The notes under the pieces: generated by a model
Told to the model about the DNA's origin: nothing
Database searches by the model: none
Seen by the model: the letters and a program-made list of their open reading frames with translations, nothing else
Made by a program: the position numbers and the translations under genes
In this document: one piece after another, positions 14,331-29,818 of the stretch
Layout of the letters: every line of letters starts with the position of its first letter
How positions within the stretch are numbered: the stretch's first letter is position 1
Assembly: GCF_009914755.1 (NCBI RefSeq)
Contig: NC_060939.1
DNA from: the human T2T-CHM13v2.0 reference genome, Homo sapiens
Length of the DNA: 64,000 nucleotides
Direction: 5' to 3' (one strand)

Positions 14331-14993
14331 TGTCTTAGTCTGTTCTGTGGTGTTATAACAAAATACCTGACACTGTAATTTATGAACAGAAATTTATTTC
14401 TCATATTTCTGGAAGCTGGAATGTTCAAGATCAAGGTGCCAGTAGGTTCAGTTGTCTGGTGAGGGCCGCATCCTCCAGAGGGGAGGAATCCTGTGTCCTC
14501 ACATGGTGGAAGGTGAAAAGGCAAGCCAGCGGAACGTTGCTAACGTCTCTTTTTTTTTTTTTTTTTTTTTTGAGATGAAGTTTTGCTCTGTTGCCCAGGC
14601 TGAGTGCAGTGGCACGATGTCAGCTCACGGCAACCTCTGCCTCCCAGGTTCAAGCAATTCTCTTGCCTCAGGCTCCTATCTGGGATTATAGGCGTGTGCC
14701 ACCATGCCCGGCTAATTTCTGTATTTTTGGTAGAGATGGGGTTTCACCATGTTGGCCAGGCTCGTCTTGAACTCCTGACCTCAAGTGATCTGCCCACTTC
14801 AGCCTCCCAAAGTACTGAGATGATAGGCGTGAGCCACCATGCCAGGCCTAACGCCTCTTGTGTGTGGTCCTTAATTTCATTCACAAGTGGAGGAGCCCTC
14901 ATGACCTAATCACCTCTTCAAGACATCACCTCTTAATGCTATTCACGTTTGGCAACACCTGAATTTTGGTGGGAACACATTCAAACTATAGCA
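14331..14993. mobile_element. MaLR (MST/MLT1-type) LTR split by an Alu
   Basis: tgtcttagtc...ataacaaaatacctga...aagatcaaggtgcc...cattcaaactatagca. Confidence 0.75.
14550..14848 (-). mobile_element. AluS-like element with TSD TAACGYCTCT
   Basis: Full Alu dimer with flanking direct repeat. Confidence 0.92.
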
Positions 14994-16302
14994 CCAGGAG
15001 CATTATTCTCTTTTCCACTTCATGGGGGATATAATTTGACCAGTGTTATAAGGTTGTATAGTGAGAAGCTCACTAGTGTGGTTTTTGGTGTGTATATTTA
15101 ATTGCCCTAGTGAATATTCCTTTGATCAACCTTTCTTCTTAACACTTCCAAATGTACTTATTGCTTCTAGCACAGTAGACTATCTCCAGCAAAAATCTAC
15201 TTATCAGGTCTTTTGGTTAGTGGTAAGAAATTTAGAAATTAAGGTTGGGGAAAAATTGACAGTAGAAAGGTGGGAAAGATCAGACTCTAGCAATAGTCTA
15301 ATTTTGTATGTTAAGTAGTGAATCTAGCACATATCAGATGTTTAGTAAGTAAGTGATAAGTATGAAGCCACAAGTCCAGTCATGTCAGAGAAGATATCTG
15401 CTTGGTTTTCCAAAAGTGCTAATTATTTCCTGCTGTTAGTATTTTTTTCCTGTAGTGGTTGATTGAGGAACACACAGACAAGCAGTATATGCACACACAT
15501 ATACATATACATTTTAAAACTTTTAAATTGGAGCATAACGTAACTTAGAGAAAAATGCACTAATTATAAATATATAAAAATTTCACAAAGTGAACATATT
15601 TGTTTACTAGAGTCCCCTTTGTGCTTTCTCCCATTTCACTACCTCTCCCCAAAAGTAACCAGTATCCTCACTTCTAACACTGCAGATAGGTATGTAAATG
15701 TAATAATATAATATGTGCTGTGTTCATCTGACTTCTTTTCTCAGCATCAGGTTTATGTTATCTGTTCATACTGTGTGTGGAGCAGTAATTATTTCATTCT
15801 CATTGCTGTAGTATAGTACTCAATTAGCTTAGGGGAAACTTACCTGCTTTATTTTTTTCTTCTTAAAGCAGTGTCTAACACAGCTTTAATGTAGGGTTGG
15901 GGTGGCTTTCATAATTGTCAGAAACTGCTTGCTACCTGGAGGCTACTGGGAAGGAGGAACATGCTGTTCTCCTAGTAACCAGTGAATCAACTTGGTGATG
16001 AAGAAGCTACCTCCACGCATTTCCTCTGTGCCTTCTGAAGTGTCTTTACTTTTGCTAGTAGAAAGTTCGTGATTTTTCAGGTTTGTTTTTTAGGGTTATA
16101 TACTCTAGTAGTAACAGTAATAGCTAGCATATATTGAGCTTTATATTAGGTACAAGTACTATGCAAAGTGCTTTCCTTAAATTACCTGTTTTTATTTTCA
16201 TGAGAACTGATGTTTTATTAATGTTCTGGAGAGTGAGGTCTTGGTCGGTGGGAGTGAATACATCCCTTAAACATATGTTAGGCTGTGGCCTCTGTTATCT
16301 AA

Positions 16303-17961
<1,659 letters not shown>

Positions 17962-20900
17962 GTGACTGGATATGTAAAGTCGTTTAATGTGGTGCTAAAA
18001 AGTAAAGGACTTTTAATCACAGACAGTAGAATTATGTGTTCATAAATTCTGCTTTTCTTTCCACTACCCTTCCTCCCATCCCATCCTTCCTTAGTTCTGT
18101 ATTTGTTTTTCTTGCCTCATGGTAATTGATTTCAGACAGACTTTAACAAAACCACATTGTTTTGGTGTAACTATAAGGTATTTGCATATTGGTTACCTAT
18201 TTGTCTTTCTTTTTTTTAAAGGAACAGATATAAAATGTTTTGTTTATGTAACAAGGGACATTTATAATTTCAAGTTGATAATGTTTTAAACAGCTGCTTA
18301 CAAAAGTATTTCTGTTAAGCCTATGTCAGCATGTTATCCATGCAGCAGTTTTGAGGATTTTATGAAGAAAAAGAGCTAAAAAGGAACATTAAGAGGAATG
18401 GGATATCCAGGTGTTCTGCACATGCCAAACTGCTGTAGATAGTTTACACTCTTCCATTATTTATACGGAGTGATGCAGCACATTTTAGCATTCAGGAGGA
18501 TTTTTAAAAAATAGCTGCAGATTAATCTGGAAAATGTGCTAATTTAATAATAGTTACAAATTTATAAATTTAAATCCATTTGAAATTGTTGCATTATGCT
18601 GGGTAGTATATACAAAATGGTTATCATCTTAAACCAACTTTTCAGAGAATCTTGATGGACTCTGCCTTTAGGCTTGAATTCTTCAAAGTCTATTTTAATG
18701 AAATTTATCTAAATTGCAGCAGTCTATTTGATTCAGCTCATAGACATGTAAAAATTATGAATGCTGTTTTCTTATGAAACAAATTGTCACAGTGTAGTTA
18801 TACATTCTATTTTTGTCCCCTTTTCCCTTTTTCTCCTGTATCTTTTAAAATTTGGAAACTACTTTTCCAGAAGGCATTATTTATGCCTCCCTAATAAGGT
18901 ATTTTACTTATGACAGATGAAAAGGAACCAGGATATTTTTGAATTTTTTCACTTTCTTAGTCTGTGACAAGAAGTAGAAATATCACTAGTGTGGTATAGG
19001 AACTTACATGTTTTTTATGATGAAAATAATTCTCAATGCCACTTGAAAGGTAATTGTGTCTGAGAGCTGCAAATTTTTCAACCACAAAATGTCACTTATT
19101 CCTACAGGCTATACAGAGGTCTTTATGGTTTTTTTGTTTTGTTTTAATGGCAACATTGTAACTGTCAAACTAAAAGGGTATTCTGTGATTATCTTTTAAG
19201 CATTACAGAAATTCAAGTGAAAGTTATATGCTTATTTCTATTGATGTTAAAAATGATAATGAAAGCAAAATTAGCTGTATCTGTAATTTTCTCTCTAGTG
19301 CCAAATGAATGCCTTAGCTACTCATAGTGCATGGTACTGTAAGTGAAGACCTGTAGCTTTTTTTTTTTCTTTAATGAAAAGCATTATAATGATGTAGCAG
19401 CATCAGATATAAACTTAAAAAAAAAGGTTTCAATTAACATTTTATATATGGATAATGCTTTGTAAAGTGTAAGAGAAAGGTTGCAGTTGGATCAGTATAA
19501 AACAATGACCAAGCCAAAATCAGCACCCTAGGGCCTTAAATAAAATAGAGATACCCCACAAAATGAAATATTTTGAAGGATGGGAGGGGACAGAAGGGTG
19601 GACTATCCCCCAAGGATGCAAGATACTTTTTACAGTTGCTATCATTATACTTTGTCTTCTTGCTTCAGTTAGGAAGGTTTTGATGGTAAATTCTGTCATG
19701 GTAATAGATACCTATTTTCCTAACCTGAGATTTTACAAGGAAGGTTTTTAGGTTGGCTTAAATGGAGGTATTTATTTGAGTGAGCCCTAATTTGAAAATT
19801 ACCAGACTTGATCCTCCTGGTATGAATCAAGGAAATACTGTACCTTGCTCTTAGCAACTCTCAGTGGCCTGAAAGAGAAAATGCACTTCTTCAAGGTGAG
19901 TGAATCATGCTTTTTCCACAGTTCAGATCAGACCCTTTATTTTTCAAACTACAAGGCCTGCTTATTGGACAGTCTAAGGAATAGCTTTGATACTTGGTAT
20001 TCAGTTGGTTCCATTATTAATGTATATTATTTTTATTTAAACATCAAAACTTAAAATATCAGATAATGTTGCATGTTTTAAAAACACATTTCATCCCTTT
20101 GGCTACCCAGGACCAGCACTATTTAAGACACTGCTTATTTATAAAATGAGAATAATGATTATATGTACATATTCAGACATCAAAATTTAATGACATTCTA
20201 TTTTGAGAAGGGAAGACAATGCTGAAGAAAGTAAAACTGTTGATTGAAATGCTGACAGGGTGGAGAACGAATTTGAAGACAGTGGAATAAACTATGAACT
20301 ATGCTAATGGTAATTAGATTTTTTGTTTGTTTAGTATAGTGGTAAATTGTGTAGTATCTTGCTGAGAATCTAATTCTATCTTGTAAAATCAATCCAAATG
20401 TGTATTGTGAAACACCTGTATAAAATCATTTTTGAAATAAGTGATCTACATGCCTGTTTTTTTAAAATGTTTTTGGTAGAATTGTTTGAAAATATGTTTA
20501 GCCAGACCCTTCCCCAACTTAATTTTTTTTTAAAAAAGGAAAATAGGTAAGAAAATGATAGTTCTATATCTCAGCCCTCTGTGAACTCTAGGCTGTCTCC
20601 ATTTTGCAGCCACTTTGGTCATTTGATGTTTACTATTGGTATACTTATGCTTTGAATTGTAAATCTTCATTGATGGTATTACAGATTCAACCAAAACTTC
20701 TCTGTCCTGTTCAGTAATTGTTATATAAATCTGGATGAGCTAGGGAGGCCCAGGTGGATGTTTTCATTCGCAAATCATGAGAAACTTAAGTGGGTTTTAT
20801 GCACTTGATAGAGTTGGCAAAATTGAACTATGAAGTTAACTATTTAACTCAAGGAATGGGCGGCAAACCCATCCCCTCGATTGATAAAGAAGGGGAACAT

Positions 20901-22400
20901 TTTTACATTAGAACTGACACTGAAAACATAGCTTTTTCAGTCCACCCTGGTTGCTCTAGTAGCCCACAGCCCAATCACGTTAAGGTTCTTTGCTGTGGGA
21001 ATTTTAAATAAACCAAACCCCAAAGCAGACCATCTGTAAGCTTTGGTCTGCTTGTTTCTGAGAAGGGTTTTATTTCATTATACTAATAGTGGACTAATAA
21101 TTGGTAATTGTGAGAACTTAGGTATGATAACATTGTTTGAAGTAAAATATGATTTGGGGGCAGCAGCTTTCTAAATACCAACTCTGTTTGACAAATGTTT
21201 TGAAAATTAAAATTTCAAGTGAGCAACACCCTGTTAAGAGTTTTCACTATAGTTGAGGCAGCTACTTTATGAATAAGACCACTTTGGGTTATTTAAGCAG
21301 AAGCGTTTCTTTTTTTTTTTTGGAATGGGGTGGGATGAGGAGTGAGTTGCCAGACCTTTGATTAGTTTGCTGGTTTAGAAACAGCCAGTGGCTGAATTAG
21401 TGAGTAAATGAATGAAAGTATAAAGGACTTGTTTTTTATGATAGATTTTCTGTAAGAATCTTAAATGTTCCTTTTCAAATTAGATGTGTTGATGCACACA
21501 TGACTATTCTGTTTTTCTCACTGACTATATAACATTAAAAAGGGGTTAAAGAAAACAAAACTCTGCCTTTTGTGCTATGAAATATTTTTAGTCCAGAGGT
21601 TTTAAGCTGTGTGTCCATTCCTACTCTGAAAATGCATAGCTTTGTTCTGGATGTCATCTCTTGAAAGTAGAAAACTCCTATGTGTTTATCACATTGCAGG
21701 GCTTTCTTATGTATTTCTGGCAGACTTGCCCAAATCTTTAGATGGGCTGGGTTATACAGCATGCCCTCCCCCAAATAAGGGATCTGAAATAAATACTACA
21801 CTATTGATAGTGGAGATATATTAATTTTTAAAACTGTAAAGTAAATGTGGTCTCTAGGTTTGTGGTGTGTACCTTTGTGTTAATGTGTAGGGAAGAGACA
21901 GTGACTTGATGGTTATGGGGAGTGTATCTTGATGTGTGTATAGGGGTAAGTATTGCTAAATTATTTACAGCTTTTATTCAGGGTGAGTCATGTGATGAAT
22001 GGCCTAATCAGAAAAGTGAAGGAGCGAAGATGCAAGCTTGCCAAATGATGAAATGAACAAGATTTTGTATCTATTTTTTATCAGGTGTTGTAAAATTTGT
22101 GCATGGCTTTTTGTTGTTGTTGCTTAGTAACTGGTAGAGGAGAAAAGATGAGGAAAGAAACTCAGCTTTCCTCACAGTCTTTTCAAAGGTACACAGTTGG
22201 GGAGTAAAATCTGACTGGCCTAATCGATGGAAAAGACCCTGTCCTTTTCACCCCATCCTGCAATCCTCCGTGCAGAGGAACTACACTGTTGTATTCTAGT
22301 AATTCACTGTGATTTATAACAAACCGGTGATGTCATTCTATTGTGCACTTTTGTCAAACCATTTATGTGACTTTAATAAACATAGTAAACTTGCTGACTG
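17962..22400 (+). other. FEM1B: FEM1B long AT-rich 3'UTR with several AATAAA hexamers (19539, 20286, 21007, 21788, 22375)
   Basis: Follows the stop codon; no Alu seen over about 4.5 kb; the true 3' end cannot be fixed from sequence (also AGTAAA at 22563 with a downstream GT-rich tract). Confidence 0.7.
22375..22380 (+). terminator. FEM1B: Candidate distal FEM1B polyadenylation signal AATAAA
   Basis: Canonical hexamer near the end of the repeat-free UTR block. Confidence 0.5.
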
Positions 22401-23646
22401 CACCAGAGGTCCATTAGTGATTTATATATTGCATGACATTTTCTATTTGAGTTTGACATGTAGAGTCATTTTTAGTTTCATGGCAATTGACAGTCCTAAT
22501 AACTCAGCTAATTTGAAACTAACAATCTTGCTGTGTAAAAGGAAAAAATGGTGTTTGTGTTCAGTAAATGTTTGAAAAAAACTACTTTGAGGTTTGTGTC
22601 TTTATTAATTATTCAGTGTGCCTTAGTTGCGATGTTCTTTTGTTGAGTGCCTTAAAGTTGTCAAAGTTATATATGTGCATGGGAAAAAATTCACGTAGTA
22701 AAGAAAAATTCAAATATATATTTTAAAAGTTCCCTTTTCATCTCTCCCCGCCTCCTATTTGGACTCTGCAGAGACAATCACTATTAATAGTTTTTTGAGT
22801 AGCTTCCCAGAATGTTTCTGTGCACATATGTATTATTTCTCCTTTTCAGTTTTTAAAATGCAAATGAACTTCTACCTTTGCAACGCTATTCTGTATCTTA
22901 TCTTTTTCATGTAATATATCTTAGGCATTTTCCATTTCTATATGTATAGGTTTTTAAAACAACTTCATAGCAATTAATTCTGTTGATGGATTGAAAATGT
23001 ATTTAACTAGATTTTATTGATGGACTTTTAGATTTTCAGTTTTTGATATTTCAAATAATGCTGCAGTCAACATCCTTAAGTACCATACTTAAAGGACAAA
23101 TTCATTCCTAGTACTGGAACTTGGTTTAGTGACTACTTAAAATCTTGACAGAAGTTATCAAATTGCCTTCCATCTCTCTACATCTTTATTGACATCAGAT
23201 CTAATCATTTAATTTTTGCAAAGTTGTGATTAATGAAAAATAGCATTTCATGGTTTGATTTGTATGCCTTTATTATGAGTAACATTGAACACTTTCATAT
23301 ATTTATTGACTATTGATGTTTGCTTTGGGGTTGTGTGTGTTTTTTTTCTACTTGTTAGAAGTTCCTTAGAAGTTTGAGGACATTTTCTCTGTCATGTAAT
23401 AGTTGTAGCTTATTTACTTTAAATATGGTACTTTTGTATCCAAAGTTTACATTTTTCTATAGTCAAATTTATCACAATTTAAAAAAATGGATTCTGAGTT
23501 TTAGATCCTGCTTGTAAGGCTGTCTCTATTCCAAGTCATACTTTTTTTTTTTTCCCCCATGATCTATTTGAAAAAGACACTTTTATGGCTTCCCTTCCCT
23601 TCTTTCTCCTTCTCTTCTTTGGTTTAAAATGTTGATTTTCCTATAA

Positions 23647-23966
<320 letters not shown>

Positions 23967-25135
23967 TTGGACTAGTATTTCTTCATTTGTCTTTTTTAAG
24001 TGGGGAGGTGGGAGTGGCTAACTTTTTTCATTATTACGTGTTTATTTTTCCAGATGAAGTTTGGTGTAATTTTATCATGTTAAGAGATTATTTCGTTTAG
24101 CATTGAATTAATAGATTTAGGGACATCTGTACAGTTCTGCACTTCTGAGCTTTTTTTTTTTTTTTTTTTTTATCCAAAAGAAAGCTATGTCTGGTTAGGT
24201 AAATCATACACCTGTATCCAGAGTTTTGTTTTGTTTTTTTTTTAGGTTTTTCTTTTTAATGAAGGTCTTACAACTATTTTCCTTTTATTACCACTACGTA
24301 CTTCTAAATATTAATGTTTTTACAAAAGCACTGTAATGGTTTTTTTTGTTTTTAAAGAAATAAATTTTCAGTTACTTCTTTTGGATGTCCCAGATACACT
24401 AATCGTTTGCAAGTAACAATAATATGGCATTCTCATTTCCAGCCTTCACATCTCAGGAGAGTATTAAAGGGTGGTATTGGAGCACACCCTCAGGACATGT
24501 TTGTTTTCAAATTTAGATTCTCTGTGGCCATTCCAGCCTCTATAGAGATCTGAAAAAAACATTTAGTGCCACCCTCTCATTTTATAGTTCAGGACACAAG
24601 CCCAGAAAGGCCACACAAGGACTATGTGTGTCGTAACTGAGAGTAGGCTCTGGGTCTCTTGACCCACTGAACAGTGCTCTTTCACTGTGAGATGCCAGTA
24701 CTAGGGAAGCTCACCTTCAGATCTCTGCTAGGTCACTCCCTGGCTGCAATAACCTAGTGAGACTGCGGAAATCATCCAGACAGGTTTTAAAACATTTTTT
24801 TCTTTGTTTCAAGTAATGTCTGCTGTATATGACAGATCACCAAAGAAAATACTGGCAGTAGTGTATTCCTTCAGATACTTGACCTAGAAAATTTCAGTAT
24901 GAGAGAGGCAAATTTTAGGTGGTTCACAAAACCTTAGCTTGTTGGCAAGTTTAGACAAAATTATATTTTCTAATTTGCCTGTGCTTTAGAAATTTGGTGT
25001 GCTCAGTCCATCAGAGGGGCGGACTGGGGTTTTGCTTTTGCCTTAATCAATGGCAAGATACTCTTGCATGTTGGCGCTTATTGAACACCTACTGTATTTC
25101 AGGCACTGCACCACAGATATGCATACAAAAATAAG

Positions 25136-25355
25136 AGAGACCAGTGTGGGCAACAAAGTGAGACCCCCTCTCTGCACAAAATTAAAAAAAAAATTAGCTG
25201 GGCATGGTGGTGCATGTCTGTAGTCCCAGCTACTCAAGAGGCTGAGGTGGGAGGATCACTGAAGTCCAGGAGGTCGAGGCTGCAGGGAGCTGTGATTGTG
25301 CCGCTGCACTCTAGCCTGGGTGACAGAGCAAGACCCTGTCTCAAAAATAAAAATA
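25136..25355 (+). mobile_element. 5'-truncated AluJ-like element
   Basis: Partial left arm, right arm and A tail. Confidence 0.85.
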
Positions 25356-25549
25356 AGAAAGATGGACTCTGTCCTTGATAAGCTTGTTCTCCATTTAGAT
25401 GCATCTATTTGAAATTTGATTTTCTGTATTTCCTCTAATTTTCCAAATAAAAAAATTTTTTGACTCTGACTTGGGCCACCTTCTGAAAACATTTCAGACA
25501 CATCACTAAGTTGTTGCACATCTTTTTTAATGCAGGGCCAGGGAGATAA

Positions 25550-25765
25550 TCCAGGAGTTTGAGACCAGCCTGGGCAACATGGCGAGACCCTGTCTCTACA
25601 AAAAATACTAAAATTAGCTGAGTGTGGTGTGTGCCTGTAGTCCCAGCTACTTGGGAAACTGAGGTGGGATTGCTTGAGCCCGGGAGGCAGAGGCTGCCGT
25701 GAGCTGTGATGGTGCCGCTGCACTCTAGCCTGGGCAACAGAGTGAGACACTGTCTCAAAACAAAC
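25550..25765 (+). mobile_element. 5'-truncated AluJ-like element
   Basis: Partial left arm and right arm. Confidence 0.85.
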
Positions 25766-28682
25766 CATGCAAAGCTGATTAGAAAGGGTAAGTCCCTCAA
25801 GGATAGTGCCCATCCTTTAAAAATAACTTTCTGCTTGTACTCTACTTTGGACCTGGTAAGTTTGCTAGGTACGGCTTAGCATACATCTTATTGAAAAGTT
25901 TTAGTGTCCAGGTGCAAGGCTTACAATTCCCTCCTCATGCTAAATCAGCAAGGCTCCGTTCCTGTTTCAGTTTCAGTTTTGGAACATGCTGTCCTATTTT
26001 AGCATGATGTTGAAACTAATAGAATAGACAGTGACACAAAAGCACTGTGCAGATTTTAACGTGGCCAGTTAGGCCTGGCTGTCCTTTGAGAAGAACCTAG
26101 TTGATGTTAATATTAACATAAAGATAGTAGGGGAGTTTTTTTTTTTTTTAAATTATAAGAAGGAGTGCAGGATAAAAGGCTGGAACCACATTAGCCGAAG
26201 GTAAAAGCAAAGACTGGTGTGGTGTTGAATAAAAACAGGGGACCATTCATACTAATGGCTGTATTTAAGTCACCCAAGGCACATTTGGGTGGTGAGGAGA
26301 CTGCTTCGTGGTGGTGAGGCATGGGTGCAGTGAGTTGTTATGCCAGGAAAGGAGCACGATTAAGCCAGCGGTCTCCATTAGAGGCTGCTTGGCATCCTGG
26401 GATTGAAGCCAGGGGACTGACTCAAGTCTAATGTCTTATTCTCAGACAGTATTGATGCTAAAACCTTTTGAATACTGACGGAGGTAGGAATTTATCTTGT
26501 GAAGACCTCTAGGGATGGAAAGGTCCACACTGTCTCCTAGAAGCTCTTCCACATGTCCCTAGGCAGAGCTATTCCATAGTGTCTCCATTGTGTTTGCATT
26601 AGCACTTTGCCCTTTCCACCTAGATACCTGTCATGTCAAGAAACCATCACCTTCCTTAACAAAAGTAAAACCCAGAAACTCCACTGGGGTTTTTGCTGAT
26701 TTTCTTTGCTGGCTGCCATCAAGATAGTCCCCAGCACAGTTGAAGGGCATCTAAAGACAGGCCTGACAGTTTAAGAAACTGACATTGAAGATTAGAGAAT
26801 AGCAGAATATTATAGCTATTATGTAATATTAAATCCAGATGGCTGTTCTACAAGTTTAATGTGCTTAGAATTACCTCACAGAGCTTGGATCCATGAAGTC
26901 TGAGGAGGAACTTAGGAGTCTGTGGTCTGACTGAGGCAGTCCTGGGACCACTCTTTGAGAAGCGCAGCGCTGCAGAGATCATCTGCTTTATGAGGCACAG
27001 TGGGCTTGGGCACAACCCCCTCTTTCTTCATCTTACAGCCTGGATATTCACTTACCTGTTGATTGCAACTCTCAGCCATTAGAGTCATCTGGGGAAGTTG
27101 GAAACAAACTTGGCCCCTCTCCCAACCAATGAAATTGGGATCCATAGTGGGTAGGGCCCTTGCAGTGGTCACTTTTAAAGCTCCCGTGGTTCAAAGGTGC
27201 AGCCAGGATTGAGAAACACTGCGTTAGCATAGACTTTGCTCCCTATAAGATGCATCTTTGTTTGCTCTACCAGGCACTCTTAAGGCTCATCTTGGGTATT
27301 TATACTTCAGGGTAAATAGATTCAGAAAGGGAAACTTGATAACAAATTGAGAGGCTAAGGGCCTTGATACAACTCTCAGTTTGTCCACCTTTTGACCACT
27401 TAGTTGGTCTTGGTGTAGGTCTGGGGAAGGGTGTGAAGGGACTGTGGAGTTCTGGAATAAGGGCTGCTTGCCTCTGACCGAGAGTCCAGAGGTTGCAATT
27501 CAGTGAGCTCTGGGCTGCATCTGACCAGCAGGTACATTCTGTTTGGCCTGCAGTGTGGTCACAGGTGGCAGTTTTTAAAAATATGAATGCCAGCCTCTAA
27601 AAATCAGATATCCATAAGAGCATTCTCAGATCTGATGATATTTGATGGACGACTTGGTGCTAAGTCAATGAAAACTTATGAGTGTGGGTTCATTAATTCT
27701 CATTTAGCCAGGTTACCCCATTCATAAGAGTGATGACGGAAATGGAATATGATTTAGCAACATTTCCTTCTGATTCTATTAGAAGGCAATGGGTTTTGAT
27801 ACTCAAATTTTAGTTTCACCATTTTCACCTTTTGCTCCACATCAAGCCCTTCTAAGGCTGGGCTCGAATAACAGAATCTGGCTTGGGAAATAGCAGTCCT
27901 GGGTTTAGTTTTGGTTTTGCTGTGGGAGCCTAGGGCTCTTCCTGGTTCTGAGTGTCCTCATTTATGCAAAAACAAGATCAAATTATTTCCAAGGTTCTAC
28001 TTACTGGGAATCCAAGACATGAATGGCACAAGAACAGAATGGAGACGCCTTGGCTGATGTCAGAGTGTAAGACGGTTAACAATGAAACCGGCCTGGAGAA
28101 GTCTGGGAGGCGTGAGAGGGAAGAGCTGGAACCAAGGGCAGAAGCTACAGTGAAACATTTAGGTCCTAACCGTCCACACTGGCCATAGATGGAAGGGTGA
28201 TCTTGGGAGAGGGAGCGCTCCACCACTGGAGACGTCACACGGAGGCCAGGCAGCCACTAGGAGGGCATGTTGTGGGCAGCAAATGGTGGATGAGTCCCTT
28301 CTGACATGTAGAGGTAGGGGGGAGGAAGCAAGGAACTCCCTCATTCTACTTCCTCTCCTTCAAAGGGGAGTATGGCTCACTGTGATATGCTCTGCCCACA
28401 GAATGGGATGTCAGTGCTTGGTTGTTTTTAAACACTGTATTTTTAATTTTTCAAAAATACGACAGTAAAGGTCGTACTATGCACAGGGGGACTGATGCCT
28501 TTCATGTGTCCCCCTTGCATTTCTACCTCAAAACAAGACTAAGGCATAAATTACTCCACTGGGCGCCAGGCACGCCCCTTGTCCTTGGGGCATTATCACT
28601 GGTCATACCACTTGTCCTGGGGGCCGGCAGATGAGATATTTGCCACCAAGGCTGCACAGGCTCCGGGAGTCCTTGCACGTGC

Positions 28683-28688
28683 TTTATT
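28683..28688 (-). terminator. ITGA11: Candidate ITGA11 polyadenylation signal AATAAA (also ATTAAA at 28442-28447)
   Basis: tttatt and tttaat on the + strand, about 1.1-1.3 kb past the ITGA11 stop. Confidence 0.55.
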
Positions 28689-28770
28689 CAGTGCATTCCA
28701 GAGGGGACCCCTCAACAGCGCTGGCCAAGCCCTTCCCTGTGCACTGGCGGGCATGAGGGAAGGATGGGAG

Positions 28771-28773
<3 letters not shown>

Positions 28774-28803
<30 letters not shown>
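28774..28803. repeat. (TG)n microsatellite in the ITGA11 3'UTR region
   Basis: Read directly. Confidence 0.95.
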
Positions 28804-28805
<2 letters not shown>

Positions 28806-29746
28806 GGAGGGGGTGATACAGGGAGGGGAGGCTCCCTACCCCTACCCCTGCTGCCCAGCTGCAGCCAGGCCAGTGCGTCCATGTCTAGGGGCAGGCTGCA
28901 GCAAGAAGACGTGGGAATGCACAGCCCCAGGGATTGTGTCATCCACATGCTTCCCATGAGGTACCTGGGAACAAAAGTGACCCGGGAGGGTTGGCAGCTG
29001 AGAGCAAGGGGCTGCAGCTGGTGGGGGAATGTGTGAGTTGCGGTCAATGTGAATGCACGTGGGTGCAGAGCCCGGCTACCTCTCATCTCAGGACAGCGTC
29101 CAGTATCCTGGTCCCACTTGCCTGGCCATCAGTCTCCACATCTCAGAGTCTTTCTTCATCCCTGGCTTGCAGCTGTCACCATCAAGCCCTTGCTCTTGGG
29201 TTCATTCTTCAGGAGCCCCAGGGGCCTATCTATGGGGAAGGGAGTGGGTGTGACTTGGGAGCCAATGGAGGGGTGGGATGGGTGAGAGAAAAGGGCAGAA
29301 TTCAGATCTGTTTTGTCTTGGATCCTTCTGGAACTAGAGGCCTGGAGTGTGCAGATTGGGTTCGTATTTACAGTCTTCCTCCCTGGGTTTCTCTGGAGGA
29401 TGGGGATGATTACGAATTCCTAGCACCTTAGTAGCTGGGGCAGCAAATGCCCTCCACAGAGCCTGAGGGAGGCCTTGGCGTGGGCCTGGGTGTGTGTAGG
29501 GGTGTCCCTTTAAATCCCTAGGGGTCTGTGTTAAAGGTGTCCCAGTCTCCCAGTAGGGCAGTTCCACTTAAAACCAGCTTGAGTTCCATTCTGGAGGGAG
29601 CAGGCGCCATTGCTCGGGAGATGAGGTCAAGTGCAAAGCCAGCTGGCTTCCTCTCCGCTCCAGCTCGGTGGGGCCACAGGCCTGGGTCTCAACACTACCT
29701 GGACTGGTGTCCTGGCCCCCATCAACTCAAAGTCTCCTCTGGAGCC

Positions 29747-29818
29747 TCACTCCAGCACTTTGGGGGTGGGGTCCAGACCAGGCTCCCTCCTGCGCCTGGC
29801 ACTTCTAAAGAAGCCGAG
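29747..29818 (-). CDS. ITGA11: ITGA11 last coding exon (exon 30): LGFFRSARRRREPGLDPTPKVLE*, cytoplasmic tail
   Basis: GFFRS variant of the integrin alpha GFFKR motif; AG acceptor; TGA stop. Confidence 0.96.
   Translation of the reverse strand, partial: LGFFRSARRRREPGLDPTPKVLE

Noticed and set aside
29740-29749. Stop-codon readthrough at the ITGA11 TGA
   Set aside because: The context is TGA-GGC, not the TGA-CTAG readthrough motif, and there is no other support
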